Below, piece by piece: positions 36,678-48,262 of a stretch of DNA of 64,000 nucleotides (positions within the stretch are counted from its first letter, which is position 1; each line of letters starts with the position of its first letter). Under the pieces are notes generated by a model. It ran no database searches and was not told where the DNA came from. It saw only the letters and a list, made by a program, of their open reading frames with translations. Location of the stretch: the IMG/VR virus record IMGVR_UViG_3300002485_000004, positions 6,563 through 70,562 of that record. One strand, written 5' to 3'. Origin of the DNA: a virus. Its lineage: Duplodnaviria; Caudoviricetes. The position numbers and the translations under genes are program-made.

Positions 36678-39614
36678 ATGAACTACGAAGAGGATGACTC
36701 CGTCAGCTGCATCGAGGTCATCTTCCACTGCGACAAGGAGAACTATCAGTTCTCTCTAGCAACCGCCCTCGATTATCTCGCCAACGACATCTACTGGGGT
36801 GAAGGCGGAAACTGGGCAGAGGCTACGCACGCAACGGTGGTGGTTATATGAATGGCGTTCTTAGGGTTGGGGTCGTCGTGCGCGTGAAGCCCGAGGTGTG
36901 GCGGGAGTGGTGCCTACGGCATTGCGAAGAACACAAGCCCTTCACGCCGCAGCCCATCATCAACTGCCCAATCCGCAAACCTTACATTGACTACGTCATG
37001 CTCGCTTACCCGCCACGCTACTGGTGGCGCTGTGACGAGGTGGAGGTAGTAGACCAATGAAAGTGATACTCATCTCTGAGGCGCGGCTGGAAGAACTAGT
37101 AGACGCGGCCCTTCAGCGCATTGTAGCGGGAGCAAAGGAACCTACCGGTCCTGACGACCGAGTTTCCTTCCGTTCCGTGAACTACCACGTGCGCGACCTA
37201 GCGGACAAGATCAAGAACGAGGAGTTCATCCGATGAAGATCACAGTAGAAGTCGACATGTCGAACGCTGCGTTTGGGGAGACACTAGCCGACTATACGCG
37301 AGAGCTAGAGCGCATCTTTCAGGGGATTGGGTACAAGGTCGCGCATCAACTTGCACGAGCAGAGGGCTGCCTCTGCGAGGCCCCTGAAGAGGACGACAAG
37401 CTGCGGGATGCCAACGGAAACCAGGTGGGGTTTGTGCACATGAGCTTCGAGGAGGTCAACCCGAGGAGCCCGGAGGATGTACGGGCCATGAACGACCGTA
37501 AGAAGCTTGGCATGTACGAGGTAGAGAAGTACGGCGGCAGGCAGATTCGCAAGGATGACCCGGACCGAAGCTTTCTGCTCTTCCAGTTCGACACGCTTCA
37601 AAACCTAGAGGCGTGGTGCACCATGATGCGCAACTGGTACGCGCCAGACCAGACGTCGTGGTGCATCGACCGTGAAACGCTAATAGTAGTGATGTAGAAG
37701 AATGGAGAACCCATGACAGGAATGAACATCACCTGCACGTACAAGGGGATAATGGTGAAGATCTCACCGGAGTTCCCATCGGACTTCTACAGCAGATTCA
37801 TCGAGCGCTGCGGGCATCAGATCGACGAGGTGCTGAGTCTTCTCAACGAGGGCTATCCACCGGTGCAATGCCTAGAAGTTCAGCCCGAGAAGATGCTGGT
37901 GCACTTCCAAACGCTGGCTGGCCACTTGTACCCGACGTATCCCACGATGATCCGTTGGGTGCTATGGGTGTACCCGCCTCGCGAGCACATGGGCATACCC
38001 ATGGACTTCAACGAGTGGGAACAGCTGTTCCTGGAGTATGGAACGAACTGCGCCTGTGATGGCGCTCTCGATGACGGCTGCCCGCTGTGCACAGAGAAGA
38101 AGCTTACCCAATGGCTGAAGTCCTTACGCAATCAGGAGTCCATCCAGTTCAAGTTCGGCGAAGAGGAGTACCTGAAGATCTCGAGGGTGGGCTTTTACGT
38201 GCGCGGGAAGCTCGTCAAGCGAGGGGAGGAAGCTGAAGAAGTGTGGCGCAACATGCGCGACTTCTTGAGGTTATGTGCGACGGAAAGGGTGCTCGAGGAG
38301 GAGCAAGGAGGCAGCGATGCTCACGAAGGAAAACCAACCAACTAGCGTGTCCATCTGCGGCGTAGAAGCTAGACGGTACGAGACCTCAGATGGCTACGGG
38401 TTCCTAGCTACCAAGTTCCCGTTCGTGTTCACCATCTTTCCATCACCCAGCATCGCCCCCGATCTTCACTTGAACGTCAATGGAGGGGCCGTGCAGTGGA
38501 ACCACACAATGAGAGTAGTGGACGACGCAAGCCTGGTACAGGTTTACGACACCGCTATAGGAATGATGGAAGGGGTGGCTGAGAACTTTGTGAGGGACAT
38601 GCTGTCCATTCCGTTCCGACACACAGGGCCAAGAGCCACAAAAGGACCACCAGCACCCAAGCGAGTGACGTGCGAGTGCGGTTCTATCGTCGTGTACCCA
38701 AACGGTATGTGTCACGACTGCTGGATCAAGCGATTCAGGGAAGAGGAGTGAAATGGAATACAACTTCAAGCTGACCAAGGTACAGAAGGCCCTGCTCCTT
38801 GAGGTGGCGAAGGCAACTCTAGAGAACCGCAGGTCCACGCACATTGTTGAGACGTACAAGCCAGGAGCTGCTCTTCGTGACCTGGGGCTAATCGTGGCCA
38901 CCGTCCGATATCCCGACAAGTGGAAGCTGACGCTCGACGGAAGAGAGTACCTAAAGAGCCTCGGCTATACCTTTCCTGAGCCAAAGAAGATGCTCAACAT
39001 CGGGTTGAGTGCCAACCGCTTCGAGTCTAATCCGGAGGAGAAAAGGTTCGCGGAGGCATGGGACGCAATCAATCAACCCATAGGTACTCCTGGGGTTGAG
39101 GGGCCCACGCTAGCTCACATGATGGTCGCCTGGGACGAGTACAGAAACTTCGCTCACCTGCGAGAGCCCACCCGAGAAGAGCGAATAATCGCGGCCACCG
39201 TTATCCAATGGCTGGGTAGCGGGGTAGGCCAACACTTCTTGCATGGTCTCGGGTATAGGTACAATGAGCGCAGCAAAGAAGAAGAGTAAGCCAGCAGTCT
39301 CTGCGCCGAAACCAGAGGAGACACGGATCGTTCTGGAGGGATACGGGGCGGTTAGATCCATGGCTCAAGACGTGGACAGGCACTTGGGCGGCGCGCCCAG
39401 CCTCGTCAACTTCGTCAGAATAAAGCGTATCCGCATCACCATCGAAGCCATCGAAGAGCCAGACGAGGTGATTGCCGCTCGCGTGCTGGAACTGTGGGAG
39501 ACCACGCCGTTCAACCACCACTACACTGATACGTTCAGCAGGCTGGCTAGACGCTACGGACTCACGTTAAACCACGAAACGCGCGGCATAAAAGCACCGA
39601 AGAGAAGCTACTAG
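36678..39614 (+). other. Run of small hypothetical ORFs
   Basis: 36678-36850, 36848-37060, 37233-37697, 37713-38345, 38317-38751, 38753-39289, 39264-39614. Confidence 0.6.
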
Positions 39615-39634
39615 AAGCTGCTTCTCAGGAGAGC

Positions 39635-39931
39635 ATGGCCGACGCACCCGTTGAATCGTGGTACGTGTACGTGATCCAGTCAGAGTCAGACCACTCCTTG
39701 TACACGGGTATCTCCAGGAACCCAGAGGAGCGGCTGAGGCAACACAACTCTGGCAAGAAGGGCGCCAAGAGGACCCGCGGTCGTGGGCCTTGGCGCCTTA
39801 TCGCTATGTACTCCTGTGGCCTGCGCGGTGATGCGCTGCGTTTGGAGTACCAGTTGAAGGGCATGAGCAGAGAAAGGAAGCTGGCATGGGCAGCAAGAAA
39901 CAACGTGATGTGCTCGAGAGCAACAACGTGA
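39635..39931 (+). CDS. GIY-YIG nuclease (UPF0213-like)
   Basis: WYVYVIQSESDHSLYTGISRNPEERLRQHNSG...GAKRTRGRGPW...ALRLEYQLK. Confidence 0.88.
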   Translation: MADAPVESWYVYVIQSESDHSLYTGISRNPEERLRQHNSGKKGAKRTRGRGPWRLIAMYSCGLRGDALRLEYQLKGMSRERKLAWAARNNVMCSRATT

Positions 39932-40517
39932 AGGATGACAAGGCCGAGAAGCTCGCCGAGTTCATCTACCTAGCCGAAACCACCACCTCGGTGGTGAGCG
40001 CTGTCATAAGAATGCTGAACAGCAAAAAGAAGAGTGAGCGCCTGGCCGCCAGAAGCATCCTTCAGCAGGCTCTGACGGCAACAGACCACAAGAGGCGGGT
40101 GGCGTACTTCAAGAGCTTGGTCGAGGGATGAGCTACTCGACGATGTTCAAGCTGTTCTCGTACACGCTCATGGCGGGCGCTGTCATCGGCATCTTCTACA
40201 ACCCGCATGGTGGCACATTGCTGGCGCTGATCGTGTCCCTGGGCCTGTGCGGGTGGGCAGAACGAGGCATGTGATGAACAGGCCGACCACCAGGGACATC
40301 ATCATTGGCGAGACCGTTGACACCTACGGCATCCCAGTTACAAGCGAAGAGCGCCACCAGCTGTGCCAGTGCGAAGTTCCCTGCCAGAAGACGTTCAGGT
40401 GCCGGTCCAGGCACCACGTAGGTGACCGAAAGACTCCATGGTGCTGTGGCAGTACAGAGAGTGAGTCTTGCAACGAGTGCTGGTTCAAGGAGCGCGAAAG
40501 GCGCGGCAAAGGAGCAG

Positions 40518-41213
40518 ATGATGATTAACGGCAAGACCGAAAATATGGTGATGTACCAACTGGTAGAACAGCCAAGCGGCCCTCCAAGGTTCGAGGTGGC
40601 AAACACCAGTCACATCATGCAGTACCTGTGCTCAGACTCGAACGTGGTGTCATACAACATCACGTACTGTACAGCAGATGGGCACATGGTTAACCGGGTA
40701 CGAAGAACATTATCCGCCGTTGAATCGAGTACGGAGAACACCGTGCAGAGCCTGATGGTACAGCTAGCAGACGAGAAGAAGAGTCACGAGACCACGTGCA
40801 CGCTTCACGCGAAAGCGCTGAAGGAGCGCGACGACCGAATCGCTGAGCTGGAACCGCTAAACAAGACGACAGGGAGATGGAGCCACATACAAGACCTAGA
40901 ACGGCGGATAGAAGAGCTGAAGCTCAAGCTCTCGCAAGAGATACAGGAGCACGCCATCACAAGTAAGCAGAACCAGGCGTACAGGAAGGCTGTGGCTGAT
41001 GACATGGAGCACGCCGGCTTCAAGGGTTCCACGGTGGCTGAAGCGCTCAGCTGGGCCAAGGGCGCCCGTGTTCTCATGGACAAGACCCGGCTGGGGTACA
41101 TCGGAGATTGCCTCGCAGCGGGGATTGCCCCCATCGACGCCATCAAAAGAGCAGACGTCACGCTGGAGCTCATGAAGGCACAGGCGAACGTGCGGGATGA
41201 GAAGAGTGGCTGA
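40518..41213 (+). CDS. Coiled-coil hypothetical protein
   Basis: Heptad-rich C-terminal half. Confidence 0.65.
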   Translation: MMINGKTENMVMYQLVEQPSGPPRFEVANTSHIMQYLCSDSNVVSYNITYCTADGHMVNRVRRTLSAVESSTENTVQSLMVQLADEKKSHETTCTLHAKALKERDDRIAELEPLNKTTGRWSHIQDLERRIEELKLKLSQEIQEHAITSKQNQAYRKAVADDMEHAGFKGSTVAEALSWAKGARVLMDKTRLGYIGDCLAAGIAPIDAIKRADVTLELMKAQANVRDEKSG

Positions 41214-41697
41214 CGAGAAGAAGGTCGTCTCCAGGTTCAACCGCATGTACCTGGAGGCGGCTGCCATCCGCCACGCTGTGAAAGTCCTGCTGCTCACCTG
41301 CGAGAAGATACGCCTCGTCCCAGGAGGAGCGGAGGACTGGGAGGATCTGTGCGATGCGGAGGATAAGGTGGCCGACATCTTCGGGTTCGAGAGTACCAAA
41401 AACGAAGAAGGATGCACCGTGTATGTCCGAGGGCCCGGGGAGAAACCAGAAGGAGACGATGATGAAGACGAAGAAGACAACCAGCCCACTGGGTAAGTGG
41501 GGCATCAAGCGCGTGTGCGTAGTTGTTGGTCAGGGGACGGACACCATTCAGATGGAGCTGGACGGGCCCACCACGTTTCCAGCGGTGAAGTACCCACTCT
41601 TTCTACGCACCGAAGCCCAACGTGGCTGCGGCGTGCAGTGGGTGAAGGACAACCTTGGCGTCGACCCAGAGGTAGCAGAACGCTCTGGCGGAGAACG

Positions 41698-42411
41698 ATG
41701 AGCCTGTACACGAAACAGGAACTACCCGATGTAGCGGGCGAGCTCCAGGAGGAGTTTGTATCTGCCACCAGCGAAGACATCGTTCGTTGGTTCAAGTCAG
41801 CGAGTGAAGAGGATAGGGGCGCCGTCCTCAAAGAGGTAGCGTCAGCTTCCTACCAGCTTCATGTGCAAGCAGTGTCCATGAAAACTGCTGCGCTTCAACA
41901 CGCAGCAGAGTGCGACCGCGCAGTTACCGACCTACAGCTATTGTACGGCAATGCTTGCGCAAGCATCGAACGACTCAAGGATGAGTTAGCCATCGCCAAA
42001 GCCTCTATACCCAACGGGTTCGAGCGTCACCTGATGATCGCGGCCAAAGAAGCGCTTGGTGGAGATGACGACGAATCGCTGATTGACGCCGCTAAACGCG
42101 CTGGGGAAACGGTAAGTAGCGCACTCAAGGCTCTGTGCGACCACAAGAAGACGCAGAGGCGCCTGCGGGACAACCTGCGCAGGGTGACCGCAGAGCTGAA
42201 TGAGAAGGATGCGGCCAACGCTCGTCTGAGTGCCCAGTACACACTCATGGAGGTGGAGCTGGGCGATGTAAAAGTAATGCTGCGTCAACTTCATGACCTA
42301 CTGGGGCGGTCGGGAGAGCACAGTAGCTACAAGAACATGTTCCTGTGCGTGCGAGATGCGATCGTTTCGATGATCGAGGAGCGTAAGAACAGACCAGGAG
42401 AAGAACGATGA
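41698..42411 (+). CDS. Coiled-coil protein (paralog family)
   Basis: ATSEDIVRWF and KEALGGDDDESLIDAAKRA motifs. Confidence 0.65.
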   Translation: MSLYTKQELPDVAGELQEEFVSATSEDIVRWFKSASEEDRGAVLKEVASASYQLHVQAVSMKTAALQHAAECDRAVTDLQLLYGNACASIERLKDELAIAKASIPNGFERHLMIAAKEALGGDDDESLIDAAKRAGETVSSALKALCDHKKTQRRLRDNLRRVTAELNEKDAANARLSAQYTLMEVELGDVKVMLRQLHDLLGRSGEHSSYKNMFLCVRDAIVSMIEERKNRPGEER

Positions 42412-43601
42412 AGATTTACACACTGAAGATGGTGTACTCAGGCACGGACGGTGTGGAGAAGGAGTGCCTCATCCCAGCTACTCCGGATGACGTGCTGAAG
42501 TGGGTAGGCACGTTGGAGATGCACGACCTGTCGCCGCTGTGTCAGCACTTCGCCACCCGCGTGAACCGCGCTCTTGCCCTTTGCCAAGATGAGCTGTCGG
42601 CCTCTAAGTCGCACCTGAAGGCGGCGCAAGACCACATTGAGCGCATGCGAATCGTCATTGCCACCAATGAAGAGATGACTCCCAAGGCTCTGGCGACTGA
42701 AATGGGCAAGCGCGAGTCGCTAGAGCGACAGCTTTCAGAGGAGAGGAACCTGGCGAGGGGACACGAGGCGACGTGCTCCACGTACCGAGCTCGTATCGCC
42801 AAGTTGGAGGGAGAGCGGAATGCGGCGCTGGATGAGGTCACTAAGCTAACGAACGTGGTGGAGCAACTCCGCACCGACGAGGGCAAAGTACGAGATGAAC
42901 TGTTGCACTACAACGGCGAGCTTGCCGAAGTACGTGCCCGACTCGACGGTGTTACCGCGACAGTCGACCCGGAGACGCGCTGCTCCATCTGTAGAGAGTG
43001 CAACCTCACCCCAGGTGATGGTCCACAGTGCCCTGGGTGCGAACGTGAGCAGCGCCGTGCCCAGGTGATACGGCTCACAGAGACGCTGACAGCGACACGC
43101 AAAGTCCTTGGCGCTCAGGACTACGAGCTGCTGGTAGACGTGGCAAAGCGGGTCATGACCCAGTCCAACGACTACAAGGAGCACGCGCGCCGCCTACAAG
43201 GGGAGCTCGACCGTGAGACGAAGGGTCTCCGAGAGCAGCGCGATGACGCACGGACTAGGTACGAGAAGGAGCGCAAGGAGTGGGTGAAGCTGAGAGCAGA
43301 CTTGACCATCGCCCTCGGCAATAATGAAAGCGCCCTAGCGCGTGAACGAATCGCACTACAACAGCGCGACGACGCGATACGTAATCTGGCCGGGTGCAAC
43401 GCGACACGTCCAGAACCCGCTATCCACCCGGGGTCGCGGTGGGATGGGGACGCGGTGGTGAATGACCTAGCAGATCAGACGGAGCTCGTGAGGGTCGACG
43501 GGGGGCACTCGCTCATGACTCTGCGCCACGGAGCCGGCGCGCGCTACACACCAGTCGCCGACGTCATCGCCGTCCTCCACCGGGGAGGGCTGCTGCCGTG
43601 A
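42408..43601 (+). CDS. Coiled-coil protein (paralog family)
   Basis: ATPDDVLKWV, RKVLGAQDYELLVDVAKRV; internal CSIC..CPGC. Confidence 0.7.
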   Translation: MKIYTLKMVYSGTDGVEKECLIPATPDDVLKWVGTLEMHDLSPLCQHFATRVNRALALCQDELSASKSHLKAAQDHIERMRIVIATNEEMTPKALATEMGKRESLERQLSEERNLARGHEATCSTYRARIAKLEGERNAALDEVTKLTNVVEQLRTDEGKVRDELLHYNGELAEVRARLDGVTATVDPETRCSICRECNLTPGDGPQCPGCEREQRRAQVIRLTETLTATRKVLGAQDYELLVDVAKRVMTQSNDYKEHARRLQGELDRETKGLREQRDDARTRYEKERKEWVKLRADLTIALGNNESALARERIALQQRDDAIRNLAGCNATRPEPAIHPGSRWDGDAVVNDLADQTELVRVDGGHSLMTLRHGAGARYTPVADVIAVLHRGGLLP

Positions 43602-44260
43602 GCGCCAGAGAGGTGGTGTCGCTGTTTCTGCTGATCCTGCTGTCCTGCACTCTCGGGTGGGTCCTGGGCGCGTCTGCGGAGTCTGACCAGCAGACTATGA
43701 TCCAGGTGCACGACCAACGCGCCTGCGGAGCCGACCGCACCGAGGCCGTGTGGACGTCGCGTGGGCATCGCCTGGTGGTGTGCGAGACGCCGTCCGGGCT
43801 CGTGGTGCGGGAGGTGACGCCGTGAGGATTCGTAGAGTCATCGCGTGATACGACGTGTGGATTGGGATTTACGTGGACGTTGCCCACAAGCGCGTCTACG
43901 TACTTCCCTTTCCATGCGTCAGGGCTTGTATTGAGTGGGGTACAAAATGACAAGAGAAGAGTTAGTTGGCTCAATCAGCGTGCGTCTGCTGGAGGCTATA
44001 CCCGGCGTTCTAGTCCAGTGGTCCATTGGGACCATCGACTACAAGCTACACCTGAGCATCGTGCACAACGGCACGCGATACGTGCTGCTTCGGGAGTGGG
44101 TGGTCCAGAACATCGCCATGATGAACAAAGTCGTGCTGGAGGAGATGGCCCTAGACACGATCAAGGAGTTCACGGAGCTCTTCACAGGGAAGAGCTGGTA
44201 ACGGCCAAACAGGTGTGTAGACCGGCATAACAGCAGTGGACCTAGATCAAGGAGGCCAAC

Positions 44261-45814
44261 ATGTTCATCTGGAAAGACAAGAACAACAAGAAGCTTCTCA
44301 CGTATACGCCAGACTCAGCGTCTTGGACGATTTCTACCGAAGAGGACGTCATAGAAGCCCTCCGCGCGGCGCCGAAAGAGGTACAGGAGCGCGTACTTCG
44401 TGACCGGCTGATCATGGACAGCATGTACCCGCTGCACGCGCAAAGCGTGTGGGTTCGAGATGGTAAGGCCATCTACGACGGCAGAAACGAGATCCAGTAC
44501 AACAACTTCTCGAACGGGGCTTGGATCTCCATCCCGAACGTCGCCGGCATCCATGTGCAAAACCTCCTCGCGCTTCTTGCTCGTCATGGATGCCTACCAA
44601 TCGCCGTCAGCCGCCCGGTAGCGAGCGAGAAGGGGTACACGCTAGCCGAGGGCAGCAAGTGGGATAAGGGCGTAGTGGTGGCTGGCTCCGGGTGCGACGT
44701 GTGGCTTGAGAACAAGGAGGGCTCTGCCATCCTCAAGCTCAAGGCAACGGCAGAAGACCGTGTAACCCTTTGGGCTGAACCCCAGAACGTCGCTGCCGTT
44801 CTTATCGATTCCGGCTTCTTGAAGGACGAGGCTCGCGAGAAGATCGAACGCCTCAACCACGAGTTCACTGAGGCTCAGCAGGTCCTGGAGGAGAAGTACA
44901 ACGACAAGCTAGAGACCATCGAGCGCATGGAGCTCGAGATGAATCATCTCCGTGAGCGACTTTCGGAAGCTGAGAGCATGCTGAACGGTGGGATAGCTGA
45001 TATGCGCAAAATCCTCCGCGCATCCCCCTCCGAGAGCACCATTTCCGCGGTGACGCGTGCGATGGAGGACGCCAACCTGCGCAAGAAGGAGTGTGAAGAG
45101 GCGGCGCTCAGACTTCGAGCTGTAGAGGCGGAGCTTGCTGCGGAACTGCCTGAGACACGTGGAGCTCTGAACGCTCAACCCGAAGAGATTGTGTCGCACG
45201 CTGCTCGCCGGGTAATGGTCGAGCTGGATGAGACGAAGCGCAAGCTAGCCGCCTTCCAATCCGGTGACTTCACTAACTTCCCTCTCGACCCAGGCTTCCA
45301 CTGGAGGCACGGGCAGACCGAGGTGGCGTCCAAAGCTGGGGCCCGCGCATGGATAGAGCACCTATCAGTGGCCATTCAAGGTGTGGGGCACACGCCGTCC
45401 ACGATGACGATCAACAACTTGATCGCGCTGCTCGGCATGCACGGGAAGTTGCCGGTCGGCGTACCCAACAAGGCCACGCAAGTAGTCGTCGGGACGCTCA
45501 CGCCCGGGTCCTTCCCAACGCCCGTGTCCGTGCCTGCATCGAACACGCCTGACGCTCATGCACCGGTCATCCTTGAAATCAACCCCAAGCAAGCGGCCGT
45601 CATCGATGCAGCGAAGCTACTGGTGGAGGCACAAAAGGATGCCAAGTGGGCTGAGGACGACTTCAACAGCAGCGAAGCGGACGACACCACCTGCGCCGAC
45701 TTCCTGTCGCTCAAAGCGCGGTCGCACAACAGGACGGCAAAGGTCTTCGAGTACAACTACGCACTGATACAAGCGGTTCACGAGCTGGACGGCACCGCGC
45801 GCCACCGCAAGTAA
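44261..45814 (+). CDS. Coiled-coil protein (paralog family)
   Basis: 517 aa; GGCATAAC promoter and GGAGG SD; repeated L-x-A-xx-ES-xxx-AA-x-R motif. Confidence 0.7.
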   Translation: MFIWKDKNNKKLLTYTPDSASWTISTEEDVIEALRAAPKEVQERVLRDRLIMDSMYPLHAQSVWVRDGKAIYDGRNEIQYNNFSNGAWISIPNVAGIHVQNLLALLARHGCLPIAVSRPVASEKGYTLAEGSKWDKGVVVAGSGCDVWLENKEGSAILKLKATAEDRVTLWAEPQNVAAVLIDSGFLKDEAREKIERLNHEFTEAQQVLEEKYNDKLETIERMELEMNHLRERLSEAESMLNGGIADMRKILRASPSESTISAVTRAMEDANLRKKECEEAALRLRAVEAELAAELPETRGALNAQPEEIVSHAARRVMVELDETKRKLAAFQSGDFTNFPLDPGFHWRHGQTEVASKAGARAWIEHLSVAIQGVGHTPSTMTINNLIALLGMHGKLPVGVPNKATQVVVGTLTPGSFPTPVSVPASNTPDAHAPVILEINPKQAAVIDAAKLLVEAQKDAKWAEDDFNSSEADDTTCADFLSLKARSHNRTAKVFEYNYALIQAVHELDGTARHRK

Positions 45815-45829
45815 AGGATAACTAAGAGC

Positions 45830-47104
45830 ATGTGGACTGACAATGGACAAACGGCGCTACGCACCAACGCAAAGGTCTACTGGGACCTGTGCGTAGCGCA
45901 AGTGTGGGAGCTAGAGAATGGCAACAAGGTCAGGGAGCTACGCGCTGACGGCCTTGGAGGACCAAGGGCATCAGCGAACGACGTCGTAAAGTGGCTGATC
46001 AACCACTCTGGAACGGCGCTCAGCGAGGTCGTGGAGACTGTGTTCGACAGGAGCCACATCGGCTCAGAGCTGATGAGGCTTCTAGGTACTAATGCCAAGG
46101 AGAATCTGCTCCAAATAGCCGAGCGTATGGTGATGGAGCACGCGTCCTTCAAGAACAAGTTGGACGAGTACGACAGCACCATCAGGGAAGTGCGAAGGCT
46201 TCTTGGTGCTGCAGCTGGAGAGAGCACCACAGCAGCGGCTGACCGCATCAAGAAGAAGTCCGATGAGCTGCGCGAGGACGTCACGGCCCTAAATGCAGAT
46301 GTGGGTAAAGCGCTGAAGATGCTGGATAACTACCCTGGCGAGCGCTTACTAAGCGCCATCGAGCGCGTGACGCGCACACGCGTTAGCTGGGAAGTGTTCA
46401 ACAACATCAAGCGGATACTCGGCGCGACGTCTAAAGAGTCGGCTGAAGACGCCGCTACCCGCTGGGCCAAAACGCTCGACGCGCAATCAGAGATGATCGC
46501 TTCGGTGGTGGACGCGCTGCAATACCGGAGAGGAGAGAACGCAGTTGAAGCCGCCAGGCGCGTGTACAGAGAGCTTCAAGCAGCCCTCGCCGAACTCGCT
46601 GCCGTGCGAAAGGAAAAGGACGACCTCTGGCATGAAGGGGAAACGTTCACTGTCCGCATGAGAAAGCTGACAGAGGCAGATCCTCGTGAAACGCGCATGG
46701 ATGCGGTGGAGCGCGTGGTCAAGGAAAGGGACGAGGCGATGGCCGCACTCAACAAGCTGGCTACTGTGGTCGGTAAAGCGATCACCATCGGCACATGCTT
46801 GAGCCCAGATGAAGAGCCAGTTGACCCACCGGACCACTCCATTGTGAACGTGGTACAAGCGCTACGTCATGCGCGTGATGAGTCTGTACGCAAGCTAGAA
46901 AAGGGCCCACCATGGCTGAGCGATGCGTGTGAAGCGTTGGGTAAGAGTGGCCTGTGGGCGCTCAACTGGAATCAGGTGCTGGCGGCCATCCGCGCACTTC
47001 GGGCAGAGCGTGACAATGCCGTAGAGGACCGCAGATCCTTGGCGGGTCACATCTTCACCTTCGAAAGCGCCGTGTTCCCCATCATCAGGGGCGACGGAGA
47101 CTAG
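45830..47104 (+). CDS. Coiled-coil protein with tandem ~35-40-aa repeats
   Basis: About five copies of the L[GN]A..E....AA.R motif. Confidence 0.7.
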   Translation: MWTDNGQTALRTNAKVYWDLCVAQVWELENGNKVRELRADGLGGPRASANDVVKWLINHSGTALSEVVETVFDRSHIGSELMRLLGTNAKENLLQIAERMVMEHASFKNKLDEYDSTIREVRRLLGAAAGESTTAAADRIKKKSDELREDVTALNADVGKALKMLDNYPGERLLSAIERVTRTRVSWEVFNNIKRILGATSKESAEDAATRWAKTLDAQSEMIASVVDALQYRRGENAVEAARRVYRELQAALAELAAVRKEKDDLWHEGETFTVRMRKLTEADPRETRMDAVERVVKERDEAMAALNKLATVVGKAITIGTCLSPDEEPVDPPDHSIVNVVQALRHARDESVRKLEKGPPWLSDACEALGKSGLWALNWNQVLAAIRALRAERDNAVEDRRSLAGHIFTFESAVFPIIRGDGD

Positions 47105-47114
47105 GAGCTGAACA

Positions 47115-48262
47115 GTGGAACCATATCAAGAAGGGCCGCTCAACCGACTGCCTCCAGGAGAAGTGAGCGTGTCAACACTGGGGGTGTGCTCTGGCACCCT
47201 CGGCAGCTTTGAGCTCGAGGCAGCTGCTGCTCTCGTTGTGGTGCACCACTGGATGAACGGCCTGGGTGATTGGTCTTCAGTCACCCCGGCCGATTTGTTC
47301 GAGTGTTGGAAGCACAATGAGCACATGAAGGCGGCATCGCAAAACCCGTTTTGGAGACCCGCGATTGGAAGACTCAGAGAAGACGGCTGGGTTACCGGAT
47401 GGGACACTCCAGCGTCTGCGGGCACGATCTCCGAAAGGTTCATCTTGGCCGTCAGCAACCCATCAGTGAACGGGCAACTGGGCTACTTGGCTCGGGAGCG
47501 GCACATCAAGGAGCTTTCTGTAGCTAAGCATTCACCTCGCTAACGGGGCATAAAGGATGAAGAGGTAGACGATGGTTGAATGGACGCCAGAGATGTGGGT
47601 CGCGCTGGCAACAGTCGTAGGCTTCAACACACCCGCAGAGCAACAAACGACACTTGGCGGCAAGGTGTTCTGCAGGATGGGCAGGGACCTAGCTGAAAAG
47701 GAACTCATCAAGCTCGGTGGCGAGGTCAAGATGAACAAGGACGTCGCCCTCATAACCATCCGCGGTGTTCCGGATGTCGTCTTCACAAAGAGTGACATCG
47801 AGCTCATGCGCAAGTGCGTGGCGGACTACGACAAGGAGAACAGCAATGGGTGACAACACATCAGCCGGGATATTCGGCACGCTCTTTGTGGCGTTGAGCA
47901 GAGCGAAGCCACTGGGTCCTGAAGCCGTGCGCTGGCTTGCCACATGGGCGTGGGAGAAGTCGAGGGAGTACGACTTCTGTGATGGCCAGATGAGGGAGTA
48001 CCACGACGGCGTAGTAGATGCGCTGGTGGACTTGGGGCTGGCTGAGCGAGAAACCGTCGATGATGAGGAGCAGGTGTTCTACAAGGAGCGCAAGGGCATC
48101 GATGCGGATGCCATGCTGAACTACCCGTACAAGATGATGCCGGGGCAGGGACCTTACACAAGGCAGGAGCTGGAACAGTTCAAGGCCATGCTCCAAGACG
48201 CCATCGATGATGACCCAGGGGAACAAGGCGAGGTTGAAGGAAAGGACGGAGCCAGCAGATGA
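47115..48262 (+). other. Three hypothetical ORFs (47115-47543, 47572-47853, 47846-48262)
   Basis: ORF track. Confidence 0.6.
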
